Source of the DNA: an uncultured Vicinamibacteraceae bacterium
GTDB taxonomy: Bacteria > Acidobacteriota > Vicinamibacteria > Vicinamibacterales > UBA8438
DNA length: 64,000 nucleotides
Assembly: GCA_964624855.1 (NCBI GenBank)
Contig: CAZUZW010000001.1
Span: forward strand, 13,675 to 77,674
Direction of reading: 5' to 3'
This document shows, piece by piece, positions 9,716-19,910 of this stretch (its first letter is position 1; each line of letters opens with the position of its first letter). The notes under the pieces are model-generated. The model saw only the letters and a program-made list of their open reading frames with translations, had not been told where the DNA came from and made no database searches. A program made the position numbers and the translations under genes.

Positions 9716-10444
9716 CTAACTTGAACTGTTACTTATTCCAGTCAGAAAGAGGCAGATTTCGACGATATTGAAACTAGTGTGACTAACGATCGTAGAAATG
9801 ACACTGCGCCTTAATAAATAGACGCTTCCCCACAGTGCACCGAGCAACGCTGTTATGATCGCCGCGTCCCAACCTTGGAGAGCGTGCCCTAAGCCAAAGA
9901 CCAAACTAAAGATTACAAGACCGACTTTGGCACCTCCGAGATGTTGGTCGAAGCGGAAAAGGATGAACGCTCGCTGTAGTTCCTCGCGGAAGCCACCCGC
10001 AATTACCGCTACTGCTGTGAAAAGGACAATGTTCATAGGCGACGTCAAAAGTGCATTAAATGGGTTTTCTGGTACGGTGCGTAGACTGGGCCAGAGATGA
10101 TGCAGTAGTGCTGCGCCTGTCAAAGTTATTCCCAATATGAATGGCGTTAACATCAGGCCGAATAGAAACTCGCGTCGAAACTGACGGCGACCTAGGAAAA
10201 TCTCGACTGGATTTTCTTGGCGCTGTCTTAGGAAGTAAAAGATCAAGAACAGAAGCAGTATGGTGTCTGAGATTGACAAGAGAAAGATGTAGCTAATCGA
10301 TAGTGTTCCGGACGCATCTGTTGAAGCTATACCGAGCATAGAGAGTATGCCGACAAACAAAAGCTGCGTAGGAAACCCACAGCAAATCACAACTTCGAAT
10401 AAGGCGGTCCATTGTTGGTTCCGTTTGGAGTTCTCGGGTGTCAT
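9716..10444 (-). CDS. CPBP family intramembrane glutamic endopeptidase (CAAX protease-like)
   Basis: Polytopic membrane protein with the three CPBP motifs: REELQRAF (EExxxR), FGLGHA (FxxxH) and SHTSFN (HxxxN). Confidence 0.75.
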   Translation of the reverse strand: MTPENSKRNQQWTALFEVVICCGFPTQLLFVGILSMLGIASTDASGTLSISYIFLLSISDTILLLFLIFYFLRQRQENPVEIFLGRRQFRREFLFGLMLTPFILGITLTGAALLHHLWPSLRTVPENPFNALLTSPMNIVLFTAVAVIAGGFREELQRAFILFRFDQHLGGAKVGLVIFSLVFGLGHALQGWDAAIITALLGALWGSVYLLRRSVISTIVSHTSFNIVEICLFLTGISNSSS

Positions 10445-10564
10445 AAGGACCGTTAGTGGTAAAAACTGAGGAATGTTTTTGTTTTGACGGTCGGGAGAGA
10501 CTTTTTGGACTCTACCAATAGCGGCACTCTATCATAGGCTAAAGTCAAAATATGAATACTCGAA

Positions 10565-10611
10565 CCACATATTGCGTTTATCGGAAAGAGTCAACCCCAC
10601 ATCTGGTGTTT
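10565..10611 (+). promoter_or_regulatory. Two 15-nt direct repeats phased 32 bp apart upstream of nrdJ (candidate repressor boxes, possibly NrdR-type)
   Basis: CCACATATTGCGTTT (10565-10579) and CCACATCTGGTGTTT (10597-10611) match at 12 of 15 positions. The second ends 7 nt before a TTGACA. They do not fit the canonical 16-bp NrdR palindrome well. Confidence 0.3.
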
Positions 10612-10617
10612 TCTACC

Positions 10618-10647
10618 TTGACAGACAACAGGCTATGGCCGCATAGT
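10618..10647 (+). promoter_or_regulatory. Candidate sigma70-type promoter for nrdJ
   Basis: TTGACA (10618-10623), an 18-nt spacer, then CATAGT (10642-10647). This would give a leader of about 150 nt containing two hairpins (10675-10695 and 10752-10781). Confidence 0.3.
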
Positions 10648-10802
10648 AAGCGTCTTAGCGGGGATGGGCGGCCACGAGAATATTCCAGTTTCTCGACTAC
10701 CGTATAGAGAGTAGACCGGTCGTTCCCGTGTCATACCAGTGAGGCAGTTTTGGGCACGGCGTTGGGGTAGCGGTGATGCCCGATTTCGGGAGAGGCAAGA
10801 AC

Positions 10803-13622
10803 ATGCCAAGAGGTTCTGCACAAGAGCACGAGTCTCATCACCTTCAGTCACAAACCACGCCAATCGAACCTGATGATACGGCTCCAGGAATTACATTCCT
10901 CAGGTACTTCAGCCGAGAGGGTATAGATCCTTTCGATGAGATTGAATGGGAGCTGCGATCGGCGGTAATTGCCAACGAGAAAGGTGAGACCGTTTTTGAG
11001 CAGCATGATGTCGAGATGCCAGAGACTTGGTCGCAACTAGCCACCAACATAGTTGTATCCAAATATTTTCGAGGCCCACTCGGTTCACCGGAACGTGAAC
11101 GGAGTGTCAAGCAGTTAATCGGACGGGTGGTCGATACGATTACAGAGTGGGCACGGAAGCAAAACTATTTCGTTGGCGACGATGACCTGAATGCTTTTAG
11201 TGCCGATCTTAAATATCTTCTTGTTCATCAGAAGGCGGCTTTTAACAGCCCCGTTTGGTTCAACTGTGGATTTGAGACTGCGCCGCAGTGTTCGGCGTGC
11301 TTCATTAACTCGGTTGACGATACGATGGAGTCCATACTGACGTTAGCCAAGACAGAAGGAATGCTATTCAAATTTGGCTCAGGAACCGGGACAAACCTCT
11401 CGTCGATTCGATCGTCCAGAGAGATGTTGGCCGGCGGCGGAACGGCGTCAGGTCCGGTATCTTTTATGAAGGGATACGATGCGTTTGCTGGTGTCATTAA
11501 GTCAGGTGGGAAGACCCGCCGGGCAGCCAAAATGGTAATCCTTGATGCTGACCATCCCGACATTGTTGAGTTTATTAACTGTAAGGTTGAGGAAGAGCGG
11601 AAAGCTTGGGCGTTGATTGATGCGGGTTACGATGGTTCGTTCACTGGGCCGGCTTATGCCTCGGTATTTTTCCAGAACTCTAATAACAGTGTACGAGCAT
11701 CAGACGATTTTATGCGAGCGGTAGTGGACGATGGAGAATGGCAGACCCATGCCATTCGTGATGGCAGTGTAATGGATACTTACCGCGCGCGAGAGTTAAT
11801 GGACATGATCGCGGAAGGCACGAATGTTTGCGGCGATCCGGGAATGCAGTTTGATACGACCATTAATGACTGGCATACATGTCCAAATACCGATCGAATC
11901 AACGCATCAAATCCTTGTTCAGAGTACATGTTCCTTGATGATTCCGCGTGTAACCTGGCGTCACTTAATCTCATGGGTTTTCTTGGCGAGACTGAAGGTG
12001 GCGAGGTGGACTTTGATGTCGCTGCATTTAGGGCGGCAGTGCGGACGCTAATAACGGCACAAGAAATACTCGTGCCCAATGCGAAATATCCCACGCCGTC
12101 AATTAAACAGAACAGCCATGACTATCGCCCGCTGGGGCTTGGTTATGCGAATCTGGGTGCCCTATTGATGTCCCGAGGTGTACCTTACGATAGCGACGAA
12201 GGTCGAGATTATGCTGCGGCAATTACTGCAGTGATGACCGGTGATGCTTACGCTCAGTCCGCACGTATAGCAAGGGACCACGGCGGTTCATTTGATGGGT
12301 ATTTGGACAACCGCGACCCATTTTTGCGGGTCATGGGGAAACACCGTTCGGCACTCAAGGATGTAGCCAAGGCCTATGTGCCTAAGTCGCTTTATGATGC
12401 GGCACAGGAAGCGTGGGACGATGCGGTAGAGCTAGGTGAGCAGCATGGGTATCGCAACGCTCAGGCAACCGTGCTGGCACCTACGGGCACCATTGGATTC
12501 ATGATGGATTGCGACACAACCGGCGTGGAGCCTGACATCGCACTCGTTAAATACAAGAAACTCGTGGGCGGTGGATTGATGAAGATTGTCAATCAGACTG
12601 TGCCAATGGCGTTGACGAGGCTCGGTTACACAGAAGAACAGATTAAAGCGATTGTCGAGTACATCGACAGCAACGAGACGATTGAGGGAGCGCCGCATCT
12701 AGACTCAAAACATTTGCCGGTATTCGACTGTGCCTTTAAACCGGCCAATGGTCAACGGTCAATACACTATGCGGGACACATCAAAATGATTGGTGCGACA
12801 CAGCCATTCATTTCTGGTGCGATTTCAAAAACGATTAATGTCCCGACTGATGCAACTGTCGAGCAGATAAAACAGGCCTATATTGATGCATGGCGTCTTG
12901 GAACGAAGGCTGTTTCTATTTATCGAGACGGGAGTAAACGTACACAACCGCTTAATACCTCGCAAGATGCTCAAATGGATGAGGCGATTGCCCAAGCTTC
13001 TGGCGACTCTCAACCGGTAAGGCGAAAATTGCCTGACGAAAGGCAGGCCATTACGCACAAGTTCGATATAGCAGGACACGAGGGGTACATCACCGTAGGC
13101 TTATATGAAGACGGATCACCGGGAGAGATCTTCTTGGTTATGGCCAAGGAGGGTTCAACGATTTCTGGTTTTGCTGATGCTTTTGCGCAGGCCGTGTCCT
13201 ACGCGCTCCAGTATGGTGTTCCACTACAGGCCCTTGTTGATAAATTTAGCCACGCTCGTTTTGAACCGTCCGGGCTGACGAAAAATCCTGATGTCCGGTT
13301 GGCGAAATCGATAGTTGATTATATTTTTCGCTGGATGGCTACTAAGTTTTTGTCTCAGACGGCACAGTACCGGGCTGGCGTCAACCTTCGTGAGGAGACC
13401 GCCGATGCCGCCGATGCTGAGCAACTTGAACTGACCCAGACCCAGAAGGATGTAGGAGAAGAGTCGGTTTCAGGAGAGGAAACGAACAATCAAAAAGCCA
13501 CGCCCTTTGCGATCCAAAACGACCAGGACGCACCGCCGTGTTCCACATGCGGTGCAATCATGATTCGCAACGGTGCATGCTACAAATGTGTGAATTGTGG
13601 TGCAACCAGCGGCTGTGGCTAG
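10803..13622 (+). CDS. nrdJ: Adenosylcobalamin-dependent (class II) ribonucleotide reductase
   Basis: Class II RNR motifs include ASNPCSEYMFLDDSACNLASLNL (thiyl-radical Cys loop) and a C-terminal CxxC...CxxC tail (CSTCGAIMIRNGACYKCVNCG). ATG at 10803 follows GGGAGAGG (10788-10795). The track start at 10773 is also possible. Confidence 0.9.
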   Translation: MPRGSAQEHESHHLQSQTTPIEPDDTAPGITFLRYFSREGIDPFDEIEWELRSAVIANEKGETVFEQHDVEMPETWSQLATNIVVSKYFRGPLGSPERERSVKQLIGRVVDTITEWARKQNYFVGDDDLNAFSADLKYLLVHQKAAFNSPVWFNCGFETAPQCSACFINSVDDTMESILTLAKTEGMLFKFGSGTGTNLSSIRSSREMLAGGGTASGPVSFMKGYDAFAGVIKSGGKTRRAAKMVILDADHPDIVEFINCKVEEERKAWALIDAGYDGSFTGPAYASVFFQNSNNSVRASDDFMRAVVDDGEWQTHAIRDGSVMDTYRARELMDMIAEGTNVCGDPGMQFDTTINDWHTCPNTDRINASNPCSEYMFLDDSACNLASLNLMGFLGETEGGEVDFDVAAFRAAVRTLITAQEILVPNAKYPTPSIKQNSHDYRPLGLGYANLGALLMSRGVPYDSDEGRDYAAAITAVMTGDAYAQSARIARDHGGSFDGYLDNRDPFLRVMGKHRSALKDVAKAYVPKSLYDAAQEAWDDAVELGEQHGYRNAQATVLAPTGTIGFMMDCDTTGVEPDIALVKYKKLVGGGLMKIVNQTVPMALTRLGYTEEQIKAIVEYIDSNETIEGAPHLDSKHLPVFDCAFKPANGQRSIHYAGHIKMIGATQPFISGAISKTINVPTDATVEQIKQAYIDAWRLGTKAVSIYRDGSKRTQPLNTSQDAQMDEAIAQASGDSQPVRRKLPDERQAITHKFDIAGHEGYITVGLYEDGSPGEIFLVMAKEGSTISGFADAFAQAVSYALQYGVPLQALVDKFSHARFEPSGLTKNPDVRLAKSIVDYIFRWMATKFLSQTAQYRAGVNLREETADAADAEQLELTQTQKDVGEESVSGEETNNQKATPFAIQNDQDAPPCSTCGAIMIRNGACYKCVNCGATSGCG

Positions 13623-13748
13623 AAAATGGTATGAGGTAGAGTTCGTTTAACCTTTCTTTGCTTTGTAAAGCTCAATCTATACGTGGTGTAGGTTCACGGT
13701 CTATTTGAGTCCTGTCTTCATCCCATCCCGCATATGCGAGTGTGATTT

Positions 13749-14528
13749 ATGAATCTTGAGTTGACAGACAAGATCGCAATCGTTACTGGTTCGAGTCGTG
13801 GACTCGGCCTTGCTAGTGCGAGAGCGTTACTTCTAGAAGGGTGTCGCGTCTGTATTTGCGCCAGAGGACAAAAGCGACTGAATGAAGCAGCTGATGAGTT
13901 GAGAAACCAAGTTGGCGCTCATGAACGCGTCATTACCGTGAATACCGATTTAAGCCAGAGAGAAGGAGTGGAGTCGGTTATCCAAGAAACTGTAGACCAC
14001 TTTGGCGGACTGGATATCCTTATCAACAGTGTGGGGAAGGCCGGAGGTGGCGATTTGCTCGACACAAGCGATGAGGACTGGGCGAGTGCTTTCGACCAGA
14101 CGTTATACCCAGCGATACGGGCTTCCAGATTGGCTGTACCCCACATGCAGAGACGAGGTGGAGGAGTTATTTTGATTATTGCATCGATCTGGGGTCGAGA
14201 GTCTGGAGGTCGAATGACCTACAATGCTGTTAAGGCTGCTGAAATTAGTTTGGCAAAGGCCTTGGCTCAACAACTTGCTTCGAAGAACATAAGAGTCAAT
14301 AGCGTGGCGCCAGGTTCAATCTTGTTTCCCGGGGGTTCATGGCATCGTCGCCAGCAAAGTGATCCGGAGGGAATGGCTACCTTTGTGTCCCAGAACTTGC
14401 CATTTGGACGATTTGGGGAAGCGGACGAGGTAGGAACAGTGGTTGCTTTCCTGGCTTCTCCAAGAGCGAGTTGGGTAAGTGGCGCTAGTATTGCTATCGA
14501 CGGTTGCCAATCTAGGTCTCTATTCTAG
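13749..14528 (+). CDS. SDR family oxidoreductase (FabG-like)
   Basis: Rossmann motif TGSSRGLG, NSVG, and the catalytic YNAVKAA (YxxxK). Confidence 0.85.
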   Translation: MNLELTDKIAIVTGSSRGLGLASARALLLEGCRVCICARGQKRLNEAADELRNQVGAHERVITVNTDLSQREGVESVIQETVDHFGGLDILINSVGKAGGGDLLDTSDEDWASAFDQTLYPAIRASRLAVPHMQRRGGGVILIIASIWGRESGGRMTYNAVKAAEISLAKALAQQLASKNIRVNSVAPGSILFPGGSWHRRQQSDPEGMATFVSQNLPFGRFGEADEVGTVVAFLASPRASWVSGASIAIDGCQSRSLF

Positions 14529-14538
14529 TTTTTGCAGA

Positions 14539-14802
14539 CTAGGAAGAGCGCTCTGCCAATTTTTTCTTACGATCGAGTTCTTGTTGTTTCCTCGTTTCAA
14601 CCGTCACTTGGCCAAATTTCTTAGTAAAACGTTCGACTCGACCTTCCGTATCGACAAGTTTCTGACGCCCAGTAAAGAATGGGTGGCAGTTTGAGCAAAT
14701 TTCAAGGTGCAGTTCTGGCTTAGTTGAGCGTGTTTTCCACGTTGCACCACATGCGCATCGAACGTCGACGTTGTGATATTCGGGATGTATCCCTGTCTTC
14801 AC
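14539..14802 (-). CDS. rpmE: 50S ribosomal protein L31 (Zn-ribbon type A) with a C-terminal extension
   Basis: [10 protein letters not shown]...CACG...[13 protein letters not shown] start preceded by AAGGAG at 7-nt spacing. Confidence 0.9.
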   Translation of the reverse strand: MKTGIHPEYHNVDVRCACGATWKTRSTKPELHLEICSNCHPFFTGRQKLVDTEGRVERFTKKFGQVTVETRKQQELDRKKKLAERSS

Positions 14803-14835
14803 TGTGTGCTCCTTAATACGACCTAGAACTTCCCA

Positions 14836-15492
14836 TTATAACAGTCTTAACAGACGCTTCAATTCTTTCCAGAGTAGCGGCATGTTCTCGCCGGTCTCCG
14901 TCGAGACCGTAACCAACAGCGGTGATTCTGAATTTGATACATCCTCAGATTGATGAAGTGTTTCGAGATGTTTCTTTGCCATCTTGGTCCGCATCGAACG
15001 GGAAATCCGATCGGCCTTAGTCGCCACGACGACAGCTGGGTAACGTTGCCTTGAAATCCAAGCTAACGCCTCCTTGTCAGATTCTAGGCCTGGGTGTCTC
15101 ACATCAACGACAAGTAACACTCCGGCCAGTTGAATCTGACCTGTGGCTGGGCCAGGCACACCTACGATCACTTGTTTGAAGAAGCTATCGGTCAAGGTCT
15201 GAAAAGATTGACGGGTTTTGGTTCCACCTCGAGCGTAGCCATAGCCAGGTAAGTCGACTAGCAAGAATGGGCGAACGTTACTAGAGGGTGTAGCAATTCG
15301 GTACAGATTGATCAGTCGTGTTGTTCCTGGCTTTCCGCCAGACCGTGCTACACGTTTTCTAACAAGAGTATTAATCAGACTTGATTTACCAACATTCGAT
15401 CGACCGACGAGTGCGATCACTGGAAGTCCGTCGGTAGAAACGACGTCACCCGCCGAGACGCTCGTTACGAACTTCCCGACCAAAGGTTTCAT
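14836..15492 (-). CDS. engB: Ribosome biogenesis GTPase YsxC/EngB
   Basis: G1 motif GRSNVGKSSLIN, G3 motif DLPGYGYA, and a position downstream of lon as in Bacillus. Confidence 0.85.
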   Translation of the reverse strand: MKPLVGKFVTSVSAGDVVSTDGLPVIALVGRSNVGKSSLINTLVRKRVARSGGKPGTTRLINLYRIATPSSNVRPFLLVDLPGYGYARGGTKTRQSFQTLTDSFFKQVIVGVPGPATGQIQLAGVLLVVDVRHPGLESDKEALAWISRQRYPAVVVATKADRISRSMRTKMAKKHLETLHQSEDVSNSESPLLVTVSTETGENMPLLWKELKRLLRLL

Positions 15493-15610
15493 AAAGAAAG
15501 GTAAGTCAAGTGAACAGAAACTAGAGATGTCATTAAGACAGTTTCAACTCACGTTTACAAAGCAACTGAGGTTTATCGCTTTTTACTCCGATTCAATCCG
15601 TGTGTATTAG

Positions 15611-17989
15611 TTAATGTGTGATTCTCTCAGACGTAGTTGGCTGATCGACATTGTCGTCCGATGTTAGGTTAGGACGCATCGGTTCAGCCAATGCAACCTT
15701 CAGGACTTCGTCGATGCTGTCAACCATATACAGATCAAGCGTGTCTAGAATATTCTTCGGGATGTCGGCGAGGTCTTTTTCATTGTCCTTGGGGAGAATG
15801 ATTGTCTTGAGCCCAGCGCGATGTGCAGCCAAAACCTTTTCTTTAACGCCTCCGATCGGTAGAACTTTGCCACGAAGGGTCATTTCGCCGGTCATTGCGA
15901 CGTCGCGTCGAGTTGCGATGTTGGCTAAGGTTGAAACTAACGCTGTTGTAATGGTTATACCAGCCGAAGGCCCGTCCTTAGGGATGGCACCTTCTGGGAC
16001 ATGAACGTGTACGTCTGTGCGTCGGTTAAAGTTTTTGGGAATACCCAATTGATCCGCTTTTGCGCGCACAAAACTCATTGCAGCTTGGGCTGATTCCTGC
16101 ATAACGTCGCCAAGTTGCCCCGTCAGTGTTAATGCTCCTTTGCCTGGCATCAAGCTGGCCTCGGTGACCAGTAGTTCACCCCCTGCTTCGGTCCAGGCTA
16201 GACCAGTGGCAATGCCAACCTCATTCTCCTCCTCGGCCATAAGGGGTCTATACTTGGGAACACCTAGATATTCAGTTACTTTTTCTTGTGTGATTTCTTC
16301 AGAGAAACCTTTACCGTCGGCGACAACTTTTCGTGCGATTTTTCTACAGATCGAGGCGATTTCTCGTTCTAGATTCCTGACACCTGCCTCACGTGTATAT
16401 CGGCGGATAACTGTTTCGTAGGCGTCGTCTGTGAAAGAGACATTCTTACTTGTTAAACCGGTCGCCTTAAGGGTTTTTTGAATAAGAAAACGCTTCGCAA
16501 TCTCAATCTTTTCAGTCTCGGTGTAACCAGCCAGCTGCAAAACTTCCATTCGGTCTCGTAACGCTTGCGGAACGGTGTGAAGTACATTGGCAGTGCAAAC
16601 GAACATTACATTCGAAAGGTCATATTCAACATCCAGGTAATGGTCTAAAAACATGTGGTTTTGTTCCGGGTCTAGCACTTCGAGCAACGCCGCTGACGGG
16701 TCACCGCGAAAGTCCATTGACATCTTGTCTACTTCGTCAAGTAGGAACACTGGATTCAATGTCCCTGCCTTTTTCATCATCTGAATAAGTTGACCTGGAA
16801 ACGCACCTATATAAGTTCGGCGATGTCCACGGATTTCGGCTTCGTCTCTAACTCCACCTAATGAAAGCCGAACGAATTTTCGATTTGTCGCGTGGGCAAT
16901 TGATTTGGCTAGAGATGTTTTTCCGACTCCAGGAGGTCCTGTGAGAGTCAGAATCGTGCCTTTTGGTTTTCGAACCAGACTACGAACCGCCAAAAATTCA
17001 AGGATGCGGTCTTTGATTTTTTCAAGACCATAGTGGTCTTCGTTCAAAATATTTTCGGCGCGATTTAGGTCACGACCCTCTCGGGTCTTTTTGTACCACG
17101 GAACTGCAATCAGCCAGTCAAGATAGTTGCGTGACACCGTTGCTTCTGCCGACATAGGTGGCATGGCTTCCAGCCGCTTAAGTTCTTGAATCGCTTTTTC
17201 CTCAACTTCATGAGGCATTTTACTTTCTTCAATCTTCTTTTTAAGGTCTTCGTTTTCGTTGCCTCGTTCTTCCTTTCGACCCAATTCTTTTTGAATCGCC
17301 TTCATTTTCTCGTTGAGGTAGTACTCTTTTTGAGCCTTCTCCATTTGTTTCTTAACTCTGGATTGAATTCGGCGATCAACCTGGAGTTTCTCAACCTCGT
17401 TTTCTAGGAGACTGGCTATACGCACTAGTCTTTCAAGTGGAGAAATAATCTCTAATAAGTTCTGTTTCTCTTCTACGCCGACAACGAGATGGGCAGCGAT
17501 GGTGTCAGCGAGCTTGCTCGGGTCATCAACCCTCACAGCAGCAACCATTGCGTCATATTGAAGGGTATTCGATAGTTTTACATATTGTTCAAAGAGAGAC
17601 ACGACGTGGCTCATACTACCTTCGATATCTCCACTGACCTCTGGGTGAGAGAGTACTTTGGAGACCACCCGGAAAAACCCTTTGTCCTCTTTCCATTCGA
17701 CAACTCGTGCACGTTCCACACCTTCAACCAATACCTTGACGTTTCCGTCAGGAAGTTTAAGGCTCTGGACCACGTTTGCAATACAACCGAGAGTGTAGAT
17801 TTCGTCTGGAGTAGGGTCGTCATTTGCTGCATCTTTTTGAGCGGAGAGAAAGATACGTTTGTCTTGGAGCAGCGCATGGTCCAAGGCGCGAGTTGACGAT
17901 GGTCGCCCAATCACAAATGGCATCATCATGTGGGGAAACACCACGACATCACGAAGAGGAACGATGGGGAGGGTATCGAAATCTTCCAC
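15611..17989 (-). CDS. lon: ATP-dependent Lon protease (LonA)
   Basis: LON N-domain, Walker A GPPGVGKTS, and a protease domain with the DGPSAG catalytic Ser. The GTG start overlaps the clpX stop by 1 nt. Confidence 0.95.
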   Translation of the reverse strand: MEDFDTLPIVPLRDVVVFPHMMMPFVIGRPSSTRALDHALLQDKRIFLSAQKDAANDDPTPDEIYTLGCIANVVQSLKLPDGNVKVLVEGVERARVVEWKEDKGFFRVVSKVLSHPEVSGDIEGSMSHVVSLFEQYVKLSNTLQYDAMVAAVRVDDPSKLADTIAAHLVVGVEEKQNLLEIISPLERLVRIASLLENEVEKLQVDRRIQSRVKKQMEKAQKEYYLNEKMKAIQKELGRKEERGNENEDLKKKIEESKMPHEVEEKAIQELKRLEAMPPMSAEATVSRNYLDWLIAVPWYKKTREGRDLNRAENILNEDHYGLEKIKDRILEFLAVRSLVRKPKGTILTLTGPPGVGKTSLAKSIAHATNRKFVRLSLGGVRDEAEIRGHRRTYIGAFPGQLIQMMKKAGTLNPVFLLDEVDKMSMDFRGDPSAALLEVLDPEQNHMFLDHYLDVEYDLSNVMFVCTANVLHTVPQALRDRMEVLQLAGYTETEKIEIAKRFLIQKTLKATGLTSKNVSFTDDAYETVIRRYTREAGVRNLEREIASICRKIARKVVADGKGFSEEITQEKVTEYLGVPKYRPLMAEEENEVGIATGLAWTEAGGELLVTEASLMPGKGALTLTGQLGDVMQESAQAAMSFVRAKADQLGIPKNFNRRTDVHVHVPEGAIPKDGPSAGITITTALVSTLANIATRRDVAMTGEMTLRGKVLPIGGVKEKVLAAHRAGLKTIILPKDNEKDLADIPKNILDTLDLYMVDSIDEVLKVALAEPMRPNLTSDDNVDQPTTSERITH

Positions 17990-19239
17990 TAGCCTGCCTT
18001 TTCAACGAGAGTGATGGGCGTGTCCTTTGCTAGGACCGCCTCACGAGTGATCACGCATTCCTTGACCTCTTTTTGTCCAGGTAGCGTGTACATGAGTTCA
18101 AGCATTAATTCTTCAATGATCATTCTTAGACCCCGCGCACCGATTTTACGTTCTAGCGTGGCGTCAGCGATTGCTTCAAGCCCATCATCAGTGAAACTTA
18201 ATTTGACGTTCTCATATTCAAAAAGTCGCTGATACTGGCGCGTGATTGCGTTCCGTGGAGTGGTGAGTATTTTAACCAACGCCGGTCGGTCAAGTTCGTG
18301 AAGAGTGCCAACCACAGGAAGTCGGCCGACGAATTCAGGGATCAAGCCATATCCAATGAGGTCTTCTGGTCCAACGTGCTCAAGCACGGAGCCAACCTTC
18401 GCATCTCCACTCGCCTGAATGTCAGCCTTAAAACCCAATGTCTTCCTACCACGTCTCCGCTGAACCAGCTTGTCTAGGCCAACGAATGCTCCACCACATA
18501 TAAAAAGTATATTTGTGGTATCCACTTGGAAAAACTCTTGGTGGGGATGCTTTCGTCCGCCTTGAGGAGGCACGTTAGCCACTGTGCCCTCAAGAATCTT
18601 GAGAAGCGCCTGTTGAACTCCTTCTCCGGATACATCTCTCGTGATGGACGGGTTCTCATCTTTTCGACAGATTTTGTCTATTTCGTCTATATAAATGATG
18701 CCTCGCTGGCATTTCTCGATATCACCACCAGCGGCTTGTAGTAGCTTCAGAACAATATTCTCAACGTCCTCACCAACGTAGCCAGCTTCGGTGAGTGTGG
18801 TCGCATCAACGATCGTAAACGGAACCGCCAAAAGACGAGCTAGAGTTTGCGCAAGCAACGTCTTACCGGTACCGGTCGGGCCTATCAAAAGTATGTTCGA
18901 CTTTGTCAGTTCTGTTTCTTGATGGTTCTTGGATTGTTTCTGAATTTCGACTCGCTTGTAGTGGTTATAGACGGCGACGGCAAGCTTTTTCTTAGTTTGT
19001 TCCTGTCCGATTACGTACTGGTCAAGAAACTTCTTGATCTCTTTGGGTACTGGAAGCGAGGAACCGAGTTCTTCTTTTTCACTAGAATCACCGTCGTCGG
19101 CAATAATATCGTTACAAACATCAACGCATTCGTCGCAGATGAACACCGTAGGCCCGGCGATCAGTTTTCGGACGTCGTTCTGGTCTTTGTTGCAGAACGA
19201 ACACCGAAGGATCTCGTTGTCAGAGCTTTTCTTCGTCAT
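17989..19239 (-). CDS. clpX: ATP-dependent Clp protease ATP-binding subunit ClpX
   Basis: N-terminal zinc ribbon CSFCNK...CDEC and Walker A GPTGTGKT. Confidence 0.95.
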   Translation of the reverse strand: MTKKSSDNEILRCSFCNKDQNDVRKLIAGPTVFICDECVDVCNDIIADDGDSSEKEELGSSLPVPKEIKKFLDQYVIGQEQTKKKLAVAVYNHYKRVEIQKQSKNHQETELTKSNILLIGPTGTGKTLLAQTLARLLAVPFTIVDATTLTEAGYVGEDVENIVLKLLQAAGGDIEKCQRGIIYIDEIDKICRKDENPSITRDVSGEGVQQALLKILEGTVANVPPQGGRKHPHQEFFQVDTTNILFICGGAFVGLDKLVQRRRGRKTLGFKADIQASGDAKVGSVLEHVGPEDLIGYGLIPEFVGRLPVVGTLHELDRPALVKILTTPRNAITRQYQRLFEYENVKLSFTDDGLEAIADATLERKIGARGLRMIIEELMLELMYTLPGQKEVKECVITREAVLAKDTPITLVEKAG

Positions 19240-19241
19240 GG

Positions 19242-19844
19242 TCAGCTGCGTTGTCTGATGACATCATCAATAATACCGTATTCACTACTTTGGTCAGCCG
19301 ACATGATGTAATCCCGGTCGGTGTCTTCTCGGATTCGTTCGAGAGATTGTCCGGTATGAGTCGACAAAATTTCATTTAATCGCGAACGCATGCGCAAGAT
19401 TTCTTTGGCATGGATGTCGATATCTGTTGCTTGACCCGCAAGGCCAGACATTAGTGGCTGGTGGATGATGATGCGAGAGTTTGGCAGAGAAAAACGTTTT
19501 CCTTTCGCGCCGGCGCTCAACAACACCGCAGCCATTGAGGCTGCTTGTCCAATGCAGTAGGTCTGGACGTCGGGACGAATGAACTGCATCGTGTCGTAGA
19601 TAGCGAAGCCGGCCGAGATCGATCCGCCTGGACTGTTAATGTAAAGAAGAATGTCGCGGTCAGGGTCTTCGGCCTCTAGAAACAGCATTTGCGCTATGAC
19701 CAGGTTGGCTAAACTATCGTCAATGGGCGCGCCAATAAAGACGATGCTGTCCTTAAGAAGGCGCGAGTAAATATCATAAGCTCGCTCTCCGCGATTGGTA
19801 TGCTCTACGACCATCGGGATTAACTGGTTTTTTAAGTCAGCCAT
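19242..19844 (-). CDS. clpP: ATP-dependent Clp protease proteolytic subunit ClpP
   Basis: [18 protein letters not shown], catalytic Ser in [11 protein letters not shown], and IHQP. Confidence 0.95.
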   Translation of the reverse strand: MADLKNQLIPMVVEHTNRGERAYDIYSRLLKDSIVFIGAPIDDSLANLVIAQMLFLEAEDPDRDILLYINSPGGSISAGFAIYDTMQFIRPDVQTYCIGQAASMAAVLLSAGAKGKRFSLPNSRIIIHQPLMSGLAGQATDIDIHAKEILRMRSRLNEILSTHTGQSLERIREDTDRDYIMSADQSSEYGIIDDVIRQRS

Positions 19845-19910
19845 GGACTATCGCTCATTTCAGTATCGATTTTATTCAAGTTATTGAGATGTCGGAAGAT
19901 GACTGGATTC

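Noticed and set aside
10620-10800. Cobalamin riboswitch in the nrdJ leader (B12-dependent enzyme).
   Set aside because: There is no B12-box-like core (GCCACUG / AGxCAGGAxACCUGCC). GCCACGA at 10670-10676 is only a partial resemblance. B12 riboswitches normally repress B12-independent isozymes, not nrdJ.
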